DNA of 64,000 bases. Origin: Gemmatimonadales bacterium. GTDB taxonomy: Bacteria; Gemmatimonadota; Gemmatimonadetes; Gemmatimonadales; GWC2-71-9. The DNA lies in the NCBI GenBank assembly GCA_041602035.1, contig JBFIHA010000007.1:86720-150719 (forward strand). The letters are read 5' to 3'. The position numbers were made by a program, and so were the translations under genes. Below the pieces are notes generated by a model. The model ran no database searches. It was not told the DNA's origin and worked only from the letters and a program-made list of their open reading frames with translations. Below, one piece after another: positions 34,010-42,072 of the stretch (positions are counted from its first letter, which is position 1; each line of letters opens with the position of its first letter).

Positions 34010-34132
34010 GAGGACAGACGGTAAGACGGTAGGTGGGTAGGACGGTAGGTGCGTCCGGCTTCCTACCCTCTTTGTCGTTTACCGTCCTACCGTCGTACCG
34101 TCCTACCGTCCGTTGCGAGTCCTCCCCGGCGC
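34010..34132. repeat. GACGGTAGG-type palindrome H4 plus degenerate tRNA-Trp 3'-end repeat
   Basis: Close copy of H1/H2. The degenerate repeat GAGTCCTCCCCGGCGC lies at 34117-34132. Confidence 0.75.
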
Positions 34133-34200
34133 TTGACCGGGTCCGTTCCCGGGCACCACTATCTGACCAACACGCTCATCCCAAGGTGAAGGAGGGAGTC

Positions 34201-34686
34201 ATGCGATGCACGGCCGCTCTACCGGTGCTCTCAATTGTGATGGTCGCAGGCTGCACTCCGCAGCCGGCGATCGATCTCGAGGCAGAGCGCAACGCCCTGA
34301 TGACTGCAGACCGCGCCTGGTTCGAGGCGTATGCCGCCAGTGAGAACCCGGCGGACGCGTTCGTCGCTCAGCTCGTCGATAACGCTACCTTGCTCCCGCC
34401 CAACGCGCCGTTGGCGCAGGGCAGGGAGGCCATTCACGCCGTGATCAGCGACCTCGAAGCCATGCCAGGGTTCTCGGTCACGTGGGAGCCGAACGCGGCC
34501 GAAGTGGGAAGCGGTGGCGATCTGGGCTACACGATCGGCAGCTACCAGATGAAGATGGAAGGCCCCGACGGCCCGATGACGATCGACGGCAAGTACCTGA
34601 CCGTTTGGCAGAAGCAGGCTGACGGGACCTGGAGGGTCATCGCCGACATGTTCAACGCGAACGGTCCCCCGGCGCCGCAGATGTGA
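34201..34686 (+). CDS. DUF4440/SnoaL-like (NTF2 fold) lipoprotein
   Basis: Internal ATG of ORF 34033..34686 gives MRCTAALPVLSIVMVAGC. The C-terminal KYLTVWQKQADGTWRVIADMFN is typical of DUF4440. Confidence 0.7.
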   Translation: MRCTAALPVLSIVMVAGCTPQPAIDLEAERNALMTADRAWFEAYAASENPADAFVAQLVDNATLLPPNAPLAQGREAIHAVISDLEAMPGFSVTWEPNAAEVGSGGDLGYTIGSYQMKMEGPDGPMTIDGKYLTVWQKQADGTWRVIADMFNANGPPAPQM

Positions 34687-34834
34687 CCCCAGATCGGCGG
34701 GCGCTGGACGCCCGCCAAGCTCTTCGACGTCGTCGCTCGCCCCTGCTCGCGACATCGGTTAATGCTGGGCTTGGGTCGGGTGCTCCTCAGCGGCTGATGG
34801 GGCAGGCGCTGAGCCCTCGCCCCCTCATAGCTGC

Positions 34835-34868
34835 CGCCCTACCGTCCTACCGTTCTACCGCCTTTCGG
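34835..34868. repeat. half-copy (right arm only) of the GACGGTAGG-type element
   Basis: CCGCCCTACCGTCCTACCGTTCTACCGCC, with no matching left arm nearby. Confidence 0.5.
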
Positions 34869-34974
34869 GCCCGATATTTGCGCCTTTTTGGCAGGCAGGG
34901 CGGCGCGGAGCCGCGGCGTGGGGGAACGACTCGGCTCGCCCGATGGTACGATGGCAATCTGCCATACTGGTTGC

Positions 34975-36069
34975 ATGACTCGGGGAGAGGGAGACGTGAA
35001 AGGACGCCGGTTTACGCTGGTTCTCGGTGGGGGCGGCATGAAGGGCATCGCCCACGTGGGGGTGCTGCTCGCGCTCGAAAAGCACGCCGCCTTCCCCGTC
35101 GAGGTCGTGGGCTCCAGCGTGGGATCGCTGGTGGCGGGCGCCTGGTGTGCGGGCATGCCGGCCGTGGAGCTCCGGAAGCTCGCGCTCGCCCTGCGCCGCC
35201 GAGACCTGTTCCGCATCGCGCACCGCGACATGGCGGTCAAGCGCATGCGGTCTCGCGCCATCTACCAGAGTGAGCCCCTCAGGCAATACGTGACGCGCCT
35301 GTTCGGAGACATCACGTTCGACGAGTTGAAGCGTCCCCTCCTGATCAACTCGGTCAGCCTCACCACGGGGCGCCAAGTGTTTTGGGGTTCGCCCGGACTC
35401 TCCGACATCCGCGTGGCGGACGCCGTGCTCGCGTCATGCGCGCTGCCGGGATACCTGCCGCCCCATGAGATCCGCGGCGAGTACTTCATCGACGGGGCCG
35501 CCGTGGCGAATCTCCCCGTGGCGGCGACCACCGCACTCGATCGCGACCTGATCCTGGCGGTCGACGTGGGTTCGACCGCGGCCATTCGTCCGGATGCGGA
35601 AACGATGGGCTTCGCTGCGGTGTACGCGCGCGCCATCGAGTTCGGCATCCAGACGATGCGGACTGCCGCCCTGCTGCATTGGAGTCGACCGCCTCTGCTC
35701 CTGATCCAGCCGGATATCCGCTACAGCAGCCTGCTCTCGTTCCACTACAACCGCGAGCTCGTGGCCGAGGGCTACCGAGCGACCACCGAGATGCTCGCGG
35801 ATCCCGCCGTAATTCCGCCACGCGGGGCCTCGGGCGTCTACCCTCGGCAACGGTACGGCGTGCGCGTGATCCGGGAGCGGTGTATCGGCTGTGGGGCGTG
35901 CCGCATTCATGGACCGCCCGGGTTGTTCGTCCCTGGCGGCGACGGGAAGGCGGTCGTGACCGAGCCGGTGCAGGTCTGGAACGCCGTGCAGGCGGAGTTC
36001 GTCCGACAGTGCCCGACCAAGGCCATCGTGCTGGAGGCCGCCGAGCAGGAACGCGAGTCCGCGGCGTGA
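34975..36069 (+). CDS. patatin-like phospholipase fused to a C-terminal single-cluster ferredoxin domain
   Basis: ORF 34888..36069, with ATG at 34975. Oxyanion motif GGGGMKG, nucleophile GSSVG and catalytic DGA (FIDGAAVANLP). The C-terminus has CIGCGAC...(about 35 aa)...CP. Confidence 0.8.
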   Translation: MTRGEGDVKGRRFTLVLGGGGMKGIAHVGVLLALEKHAAFPVEVVGSSVGSLVAGAWCAGMPAVELRKLALALRRRDLFRIAHRDMAVKRMRSRAIYQSEPLRQYVTRLFGDITFDELKRPLLINSVSLTTGRQVFWGSPGLSDIRVADAVLASCALPGYLPPHEIRGEYFIDGAAVANLPVAATTALDRDLILAVDVGSTAAIRPDAETMGFAAVYARAIEFGIQTMRTAALLHWSRPPLLLIQPDIRYSSLLSFHYNRELVAEGYRATTEMLADPAVIPPRGASGVYPRQRYGVRVIRERCIGCGACRIHGPPGLFVPGGDGKAVVTEPVQVWNAVQAEFVRQCPTKAIVLEAAEQERESAA

Positions 36070-36221
36070 CGAGTGCACTCCGGTCGTAACCGGGAACTCA
36101 GTACCCCTTCCTTCCAGCCAACCGTCCCAGCGCACCACTGCTGACCGCCTCGTGCGGTAGCGGCCTCCCGTCCCAGGCGTACATTTCCCCGCAGCAATCC
36201 CAGACTCGCCAAGGAGATCCC

Positions 36222-36695
36222 ATGGGCTCCCGACGCCTCATCCCCACGTTCGCCGTGACGCTCGCCCTCGCCGCCTGCTACCCTGCGGCCGAAGCCCCCG
36301 CGCTGTCGGACGAGGACACGGCCGCGATCCAGAGCTTGCTCGACAACTACGTGGCCAACGTGCAGGCGCAGGACTGGACGACGCTCCTCTCGTACTACGT
36401 CGACGGCGCCGTTCGGATGCCACCTGACGCACCGATGCAAGCAAACGACGCCGAGATGATGGCGTGGCTCGAGGCGCTCCCACCGGTCACGAGCTTCAGC
36501 CTCACGCCGCAGGTCATCGATGGCCGAGGCGACCTCGCCTATGCGCGCGGCGCGTACACACTCGACCTTGCACCGCCCGATGCGCCACCGGTGCAGACGG
36601 TCGGGAAGTGGCACGCGATCTATGAGCGCCAAGCCGATGGATCCTGGCTCTGTGTGAGCGACATCTGGAACAGCGACGTGCCGCCGGCCATGTAA
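36222..36695 (+). CDS. DUF4440/SnoaL-like (NTF2 fold) lipoprotein
   Basis: MGSRRLIPTFAVTLALAAC is a lipobox signal. KWHAIYERQADGSWLCVSDIWN is a DUF4440-like C-terminus. Confidence 0.7.
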   Translation: MGSRRLIPTFAVTLALAACYPAAEAPALSDEDTAAIQSLLDNYVANVQAQDWTTLLSYYVDGAVRMPPDAPMQANDAEMMAWLEALPPVTSFSLTPQVIDGRGDLAYARGAYTLDLAPPDAPPVQTVGKWHAIYERQADGSWLCVSDIWNSDVPPAM

Positions 36696-36713
36696 CGAAC
36701 GGCGCGAGGGCAG

Positions 36714-36825
36714 CAAGACGGTAAGGCGGTGGGTGCGGAAATCGCACCTGCCGCCGTGCTATATGCCGTCCTGCCCAGCGACCGTCCTCTCGTCCTGTCG
36801 CCCTACCGCCCGCCGACGCCGTGCC
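36714..36825. repeat. degenerate member of the GACGGTAGG-type palindrome family
   Basis: AGACGGTAAGGCGGTGGGTGCGG ... CCGTCCTGCCCAGCGACCGTCCTCTCGTCCTGTCGCCCTACCGCCC. Confidence 0.4.
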
Positions 36826-36850
36826 TACATTCTGACCACCTTCTCCGGGC

Positions 36851-38899
36851 ATGACCCGCATGGCCGAGTCGGTCTCGTTCAGGCGCAACATCGGGCTCTT
36901 CATGGCCGTGATGATCGGCATCGGTGCCATGATGGGGCCGGGGATCTTTGCGCTGCCCGGCGAGCTGGCCCACATGATCGGTCCGCTCGGCATCTTCGTC
37001 TATCTGGCGATGGGCCTGGTGACCGTGCTGACCGCCCTCAACTACAGCGAGCTCGGCGCGGCGATCCCACTGGCCGGGGGCGGCTACTCGTTCACCAGCC
37101 GCACGCTGTCCCGACCGGTCGCCTTCTACACGGGGTGGTTCTTCTGGATAGGGCACACGCTTGCCTGCGCCATGTATGCCGTGATCTTCGCGCTCACCAT
37201 TCGTGGGTACTTCTGGCCCGAGGTCAGTCTCCCCCTAGTGGTGGTACTCACCACGGTGGTGTTCGCGGCGGTGAACCTCCGCGGGATGGCCGAGGCCATC
37301 AGGATCATCACGGTCATGAACCTGGTCGAGCTGGCCGTGTTGGTGGTCTTTGCCGTGCTTGGCGCCATGCGGGTCGAGCCGCGAAACCTCACGCCGTTGG
37401 CCCCGATGGGCTACGGACCGTTCCTGCCGGCGATGGCGCTCATCTACATCTCCTACGTGGGGTTCGAGTTGATCACTGAGGCCTCCGAGGAGATCATTGC
37501 CCCGGCCAAGACGATCCCGCGCGCCATTCTCATCACGCTGGGGGTGGGAACCACCATCTATATCGGTGTGGTGTGGGTCATGATGGGTGCCGTTCACCAC
37601 ACGGCATTAGCTCGCAGCGACGTGCCATTCATCTTTGCGGCTGATTTCCTTTTCGGGGCATGGGGACGGTGGGCGGCGGTCGTCGCGACCATCATGGCGA
37701 GCCTGTCTGCGTTCAGCGTCACGCTCGGGGCCAGCGCTCGCGTGCTGTATGCGCTCGGCCGCGACGGTCATTTCCCGCATACCTTTGCCACGCTCCATCG
37801 ACGGTTTCGCACGCCGCACGTGGCGTTGGCCGTGTGCGCAGTGGCGGTCGTGGTGTTCGGATCCTCGGGCATCGTGCGGTTCGTCGCGTCGGTGTCCGAC
37901 TTTGGCTACTTGATGGGCTTGGGCATCGTCAACTACGCGGTCATCTCGCTCCATCGGCGCATGCCCAACCTCAGAAGGCCATTCAGGGTAGCGTTGTTCC
38001 CGGTGGTGCCGATCCTCGGGGTCATATCCTGCTGGATCTTCGTGCCCGCCCTGGAGCTGCGAAGCTTCGTACTTGGGGGGGTGCTCACGCTCGCCGGTGG
38101 CGGCGTGTATCTCCTTCGTCCCGCCAACCGGGCCGAGTTTGCCCGCTTGCCACAAGCCCTGACCTATCTGCGTCTGTTATTGCGAGCAAAGTGGAGGCCG
38201 CGCATGCGAATACTCATCATCAGCGGCGACCAGCGAGGCCGGAATATCGCCGACCGGCTGCTCGCCCGCGACGAGTTCCGTCTCGTGTTCCGGGCCGCGG
38301 AGCACCAGGTCACGTTCGTCGAGGAAGACGAGCGGCGGTGCCGCGAACTGGAGCAGCGCTACAGCGTGCCCATCTATCAGGGTGACGGCACCCGCCGGGA
38401 GGTGCTCGAGCAGGTGGGTCTCGGCAACATCGATGTGGCGATCGCCGCGTCCAACGACGACGATCGCAACGTCATCGCGGCGCTCCAGGCCAAGCGGCTC
38501 GGGGTGCCGCAGGTGATCGGCATCGTGCAGGACGGTGACTACGTGGCCCTGCTGGAAGACAACGGCGTGGTGGCGATCAGTGCACCGTGGGCTACCGCAG
38601 CGATGGTGGAGAACTATCTGGATCGGCCCGGCGTGGCCGAGCTGTTCGAGATCGGGACCGGGGTCGCAAGCCTCGTGGGGGTGATCGTGCCGGAGGGGGC
38701 GGCGGTCGCAGAGAAGCGGATCCGGGAGATCAGCATGCCCACCGAATGCGTCGTTGCCGCCGTGGTGCGGGGCAAACAGTTCGTCGTGCCGCGCGGCGAC
38801 ACTGTCATCCATCCCGGCGATCACGTGGTGTTCGTTGGACCCACCAGCGCGGTGAAGAAAGCCCATGACGCGTTCCTGACCGCACGAAGTGGGGCGTGA
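36851..38899 (+). CDS. APC-family amino acid/polyamine permease fused to TrkA-N/TrkA-C (RCK) domains
   Basis: 682-aa ORF. About 440 aa are polytopic permease (GIGAMMGPGIFALPGE). RILIISGDQRGRNIADRL follows (Rossmann-like TrkA-N). A TrkA-C-like end follows (VIVPEGAAVAEKRIREISMP...VIHPGDHVVFVG). Confidence 0.75.
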   Translation: MTRMAESVSFRRNIGLFMAVMIGIGAMMGPGIFALPGELAHMIGPLGIFVYLAMGLVTVLTALNYSELGAAIPLAGGGYSFTSRTLSRPVAFYTGWFFWIGHTLACAMYAVIFALTIRGYFWPEVSLPLVVVLTTVVFAAVNLRGMAEAIRIITVMNLVELAVLVVFAVLGAMRVEPRNLTPLAPMGYGPFLPAMALIYISYVGFELITEASEEIIAPAKTIPRAILITLGVGTTIYIGVVWVMMGAVHHTALARSDVPFIFAADFLFGAWGRWAAVVATIMASLSAFSVTLGASARVLYALGRDGHFPHTFATLHRRFRTPHVALAVCAVAVVVFGSSGIVRFVASVSDFGYLMGLGIVNYAVISLHRRMPNLRRPFRVALFPVVPILGVISCWIFVPALELRSFVLGGVLTLAGGGVYLLRPANRAEFARLPQALTYLRLLLRAKWRPRMRILIISGDQRGRNIADRLLARDEFRLVFRAAEHQVTFVEEDERRCRELEQRYSVPIYQGDGTRREVLEQVGLGNIDVAIAASNDDDRNVIAALQAKRLGVPQVIGIVQDGDYVALLEDNGVVAISAPWATAAMVENYLDRPGVAELFEIGTGVASLVGVIVPEGAAVAEKRIREISMPTECVVAAVVRGKQFVVPRGDTVIHPGDHVVFVGPTSAVKKAHDAFLTARSGA

Positions 38900-38923
38900 C
38901 TCGTGGCTGAGCGTGGCCAAGCG

Positions 38924-40327
38924 ATGCCTCACAGCTCGAAACGGTCCGTGCTGCGTTGCGGGTTCATGATCGGTGGGGTGTTGCTACCCGCGCCGCTGTC
39001 GGGCCAAGACTCCGATCAGGCCAGGCGGATCGATTCCGCCCAGGTGGCGAGGGCAACCCTGCAGACGTGGGATGAGCAGTTGCGTCTCATTATTCTTGAT
39101 CGCGGCGGTAACTACTTCGGACGCACCAGCGACCGCGGTATCCTCCAACGGTTCAATGCCATAGCGGACGACGAATACGAGCTCGACCTGATTTCCTATG
39201 GGTTCTCGCTCTTGGAAGACTATGAGTGGTTCCAGCGCGGCCAGGGTGCTCGCTACTGGGGAGGGAGCATCAACAAGCTCCGTGTGGTGCAAGAGGCAAC
39301 GGTTGCGGCAGCGGTGGATCTGAGCCCGACGTGGACCGCCGATGTCAGGATCAATCATCAGGCCACGCTGCAAGGCAACCGAAGCACCGTGCGTCTCGGA
39401 GCCCGGAAATCCCTGTGGGCCGGTCGCGCGCACGTCTTCGGAACCGGGGTCATCAGTGCGCTGAAGCCGGAATCCGATGTCGAGATCGGCGTCCTGCTCC
39501 ATCCGAGGGAGGGCACCCGCATCACCGTTGCCCTCGCAGCGCTCGACGTGTTCAACGACCTCATCTACGAGACCCTGGGCGTCGGGACCGGAGTATCTGA
39601 CTCCACGCTCAGCTACACCACCCAACCGTTCGCGCCTCGACTCGCCGTGGACACTCGGATTGGCCCGTTTCGCTTCGAGGCGTACGCCTTGGCAGTCACG
39701 CCCACGACACTGGTGGTTGAGCGACAATCGATGCCGGGAGAAGGGTTCGCCCAGGACGAACGTTTCGCTTATGCCGGTGGTCTGGGGGAGTGGGAACCGT
39801 CCGGGAGCACGGCAGTCGGGGGCTTCGCCACCTGGGTTCGAGCACGAACACACCGCAGACCGCTGGAGCTGGGCGCACCGGAGGACGCCTTCGATCTAAC
39901 GGAGGCCACGACACAGCTGGGAGTCCACGGTATCCACTTGTTCCAGGACTTCGCGGCCGAGGCGTGGATGGCTAGGGTGTGGCGCACTGAGGATCGGCTC
40001 CGACCGGACACGACCGTGGCTGCAATGCTCGACTACGAGGATCGGGCGTGGGTCGGGCGCTCCCAGGTGACCTACCGGCCGTCCACAGGATTTCGCGCCG
40101 GCGTGGGGCTCGAGTTCACGGCCCGCCAGGTCGTTGGCGAGGACCGAATGCCATCGCGTCGAGACCTGCACAAGAACAACTTCCGTCTGCGATTGGAACT
40201 CGGGTGGGCGTTTGACCGCAAAGCAGCCGTTTTTGCCGGAGCCGGCTTCGAGCTGGATAGCGACCTTCGCGCCCCCTCCGAAGGAACGTTCGACGGGGGC
40301 CACGCCCGCTGTGTACTGTATTTCTGA
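38924..40327 (+). CDS. hypothetical outer-membrane beta-barrel-like protein
   Basis: ORF 38903..40327. It has an N-terminal signal-like segment and alternating amphipathic strands. The C-terminus ends in an aromatic residue (CVLYF), typical of OMPs. Confidence 0.5.
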   Translation: MPHSSKRSVLRCGFMIGGVLLPAPLSGQDSDQARRIDSAQVARATLQTWDEQLRLIILDRGGNYFGRTSDRGILQRFNAIADDEYELDLISYGFSLLEDYEWFQRGQGARYWGGSINKLRVVQEATVAAAVDLSPTWTADVRINHQATLQGNRSTVRLGARKSLWAGRAHVFGTGVISALKPESDVEIGVLLHPREGTRITVALAALDVFNDLIYETLGVGTGVSDSTLSYTTQPFAPRLAVDTRIGPFRFEAYALAVTPTTLVVERQSMPGEGFAQDERFAYAGGLGEWEPSGSTAVGGFATWVRARTHRRPLELGAPEDAFDLTEATTQLGVHGIHLFQDFAAEAWMARVWRTEDRLRPDTTVAAMLDYEDRAWVGRSQVTYRPSTGFRAGVGLEFTARQVVGEDRMPSRRDLHKNNFRLRLELGWAFDRKAAVFAGAGFELDSDLRAPSEGTFDGGHARCVLYF

Positions 40328-40506
40328 GTTATCCTGACTGGGACTGTGCCGCGTGCGTCTGGGCCGAAACGTTGGCGCGGTACGGGGGTACAGGTTGGGT
40401 GCCGCGTCGCGAGACGAGTTCACTCTCGCTAGCTTGCGGCATCTTTCAGCGGAGATCGGGTCTTCCGTTTCTCGACGGCGACCCCCCAAACCCGAGGAGT
40501 GGGACC

Positions 40507-41169
40507 GTGAAGCGTATCGTGGCAGTAGTGGCCATATCGGCCCTGACGGTGGGGCTCGTGGGCTGCGCCTCCAGGGCGCAGACCGGGGCGATCGTTGGTG
40601 CCGGCGGAGGAGCCGTCGTGGGGGCGGTCATCGGCAAAGCGGCCGGGAACACGGCGGCTGGCGCCGTGATCGGAGCGGCCGTGGGTGGCGCTGCCGGTGC
40701 AATCATCGGCGGGTACATGGACCGCCAGGCAGCGGAGATGGAGCGGGACCTCGAAGGCGCCCGTATCGAGCGGATCGGCGAAGGCATCAAGATCACGTTC
40801 GCGGGCGGGATCTTGTTCGACGTCGATCGCGCTGACGTCCGGCCCGAGGCCCAGACCGAGCTCGTGAAGCTTGCTGGTATCCTGAACAAGTACCAGGACA
40901 CCAACATTCTCGTCGAAGGGCACACGGACGCCACCGGACCCGAGGACTACAACATGAACCTGTCGGTTCGCCGAGCGTCGTCGGTGGCCACGTTCCTCGC
41001 AGTGCAACAAGTGGAGCGCGGGCGGCTGAGCGCCGTCGGATACGGCGAGCTGCAGCCCATGGCCACCAACGAGACCGCCGCTGGCCGACAGCAAAATCGT
41101 CGTGTGGAAGTGGCGATCTGGGCGAATGACAAGCTCAAGGACGCGGCGAGACGTCAAGCAACGCAGTGA
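40507..41169 (+). CDS. OmpA-family lipoprotein with glycine-zipper segment
   Basis: The GTG at 40507 within ORF 40372..41169 gives VKRIVAVVAISALTVGLVGC. A Gly-zipper follows (GAIVGAGGGAVVGAVIGKAAG). OmpA_C motifs are NILVEGHTDATG, NLSVRRA and NRRVEV. Confidence 0.8.
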   Translation: MKRIVAVVAISALTVGLVGCASRAQTGAIVGAGGGAVVGAVIGKAAGNTAAGAVIGAAVGGAAGAIIGGYMDRQAAEMERDLEGARIERIGEGIKITFAGGILFDVDRADVRPEAQTELVKLAGILNKYQDTNILVEGHTDATGPEDYNMNLSVRRASSVATFLAVQQVERGRLSAVGYGELQPMATNETAAGRQQNRRVEVAIWANDKLKDAARRQATQ

Positions 41170-41182
41170 GGACGGAACAAAC

Positions 41183-41392
41183 ATGGTAGGGCTGTTTGGA
41201 CGTCGCCGGTCGCCAATACGCACGCTGGCCGCCGCCCTGATTGCGCTCGGTGTGCTGGGGTACCGGCTGCTGACCCGCACGCCCGATACTTCCACCACCG
41301 GCTTTTGGGTCGCCGTGGCCTTGGCCGCAACCCTGCTCGGCGTGGTCGTGTGGGTGGTCCTCTCGGCCCTGCGGGGCCGAGCGAGCGGCTGA
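41183..41392 (+). CDS. small two-TM membrane protein
   Basis: Internal ATG of ORF 41102..41392 gives MVGLFGRRRSPIRTLAAALIALGVLGYRLL...FWVAVALAATLLGVVVWVVLSAL. It is tightly packed between the OmpA and PAS genes. Confidence 0.45.
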   Translation: MVGLFGRRRSPIRTLAAALIALGVLGYRLLTRTPDTSTTGFWVAVALAATLLGVVVWVVLSALRGRASG

Positions 41393-41394
41393 GG

Positions 41395-41808
41395 ATGGTT
41401 GTGCCAGGCCAAGAGCCTCGCGTGCCCGAGCCAGATCGGTTTGCCTATTCGGCACTGCTCGATGCGCTGCCCGATGCGGTGGTCATGGTGGACCACGGCG
41501 GCCTCATCGTCGAGTTCAACGCCAGAGCACAGGGCATGTTCGGGTATGCACGCCACGAGATGGTCGGCGAGCCGGTCGAGGTGCTGATGCCCGAGCGCTT
41601 CCGTGACCGACACGTCGCCGACCGCGGGGGATACGTGAAGTCCCCGTTCGTGCGACCGATGGGTGTCGATATCGAACTGCTCGGCCGACACAAGGCCGGG
41701 CACGAATTCCCAGTGGAAATCAACCTGGCGCCGTTCCAGTCCCCGCGAGGCCCACTCGTGGTGACAGTGATTCGGGTGGTGTCGGAGCGGAGAACGCGAA
41801 CGGGATAG
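41395..41808 (+). CDS. stand-alone PAS domain protein
   Basis: The ATG at 41395 follows GGCTGAGG. LLDALPDAVVMVDHGGLIVEFNARAQGMFGYARHEMVGEPVEVLMPERFR...HKAGHEFPVEINL is a PAS fold with no output domain. Confidence 0.75.
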   Translation: MVVPGQEPRVPEPDRFAYSALLDALPDAVVMVDHGGLIVEFNARAQGMFGYARHEMVGEPVEVLMPERFRDRHVADRGGYVKSPFVRPMGVDIELLGRHKAGHEFPVEINLAPFQSPRGPLVVTVIRVVSERRTRTG

Positions 41809-42072
41809 CGACCCGCGCACTCGCCCTCACAATCCCAAGCATCACAATTCCGCTTGACGAATCGGACGAGATCCCTAGCTTGGACAGTACGTCGGGTGGC
41901 AGTTTCCCAGGGCCGTGTGGACGGACGGCCTGAAGCGAAGCGATACGTTCGGAGCGCCCGACGGAGCGGCCCTGCGGGAGGGGACAATCGCGGGGCCGCT
42001 ATCTTTTCAGCCCGCGTCTGGTCAATCCCGGCCTATGCGTTATTGTGTCGGGGTAGCCACCCGGAGGCGGCC

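Larger units (their letters stand above)
22952..34132 (+). mobile_element. putative degenerate tRNA-Trp-linked accretion region (serial islets bounded by tRNA 3'-end direct repeats; no integrase seen)
   Basis: The intact tRNA-Trp gene is followed by same-orientation copies of its 3' portion at 28356, 30891, 28507, 31042, 33868, 33992 and 34117. See the repeat features and findings. Confidence 0.4.

Noticed and set aside
28401-34113. CRISPR-array interpretation of the GACGGTAGG-rich repeats.
   Set aside because: The units are 9-mers in immediate tandem forming two complementary arms, not 25-40-nt repeats separated by unique spacers. No cas genes are present.
28296-34200. ORFs reading through the hairpin repeats. 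Examples: 28296..28532(-), 28438..28992(+), 30957..31205(+), the N-terminal extensions of 31092..33935(-) and 34033..34686(+). They give PSYR/RPTV/GRTVG peptide repeats.
   Set aside because: The 9-nt periodicity of the DNA repeat produces in-frame pseudo-peptide repeats. Better starts with signal peptides exist downstream for the real genes.
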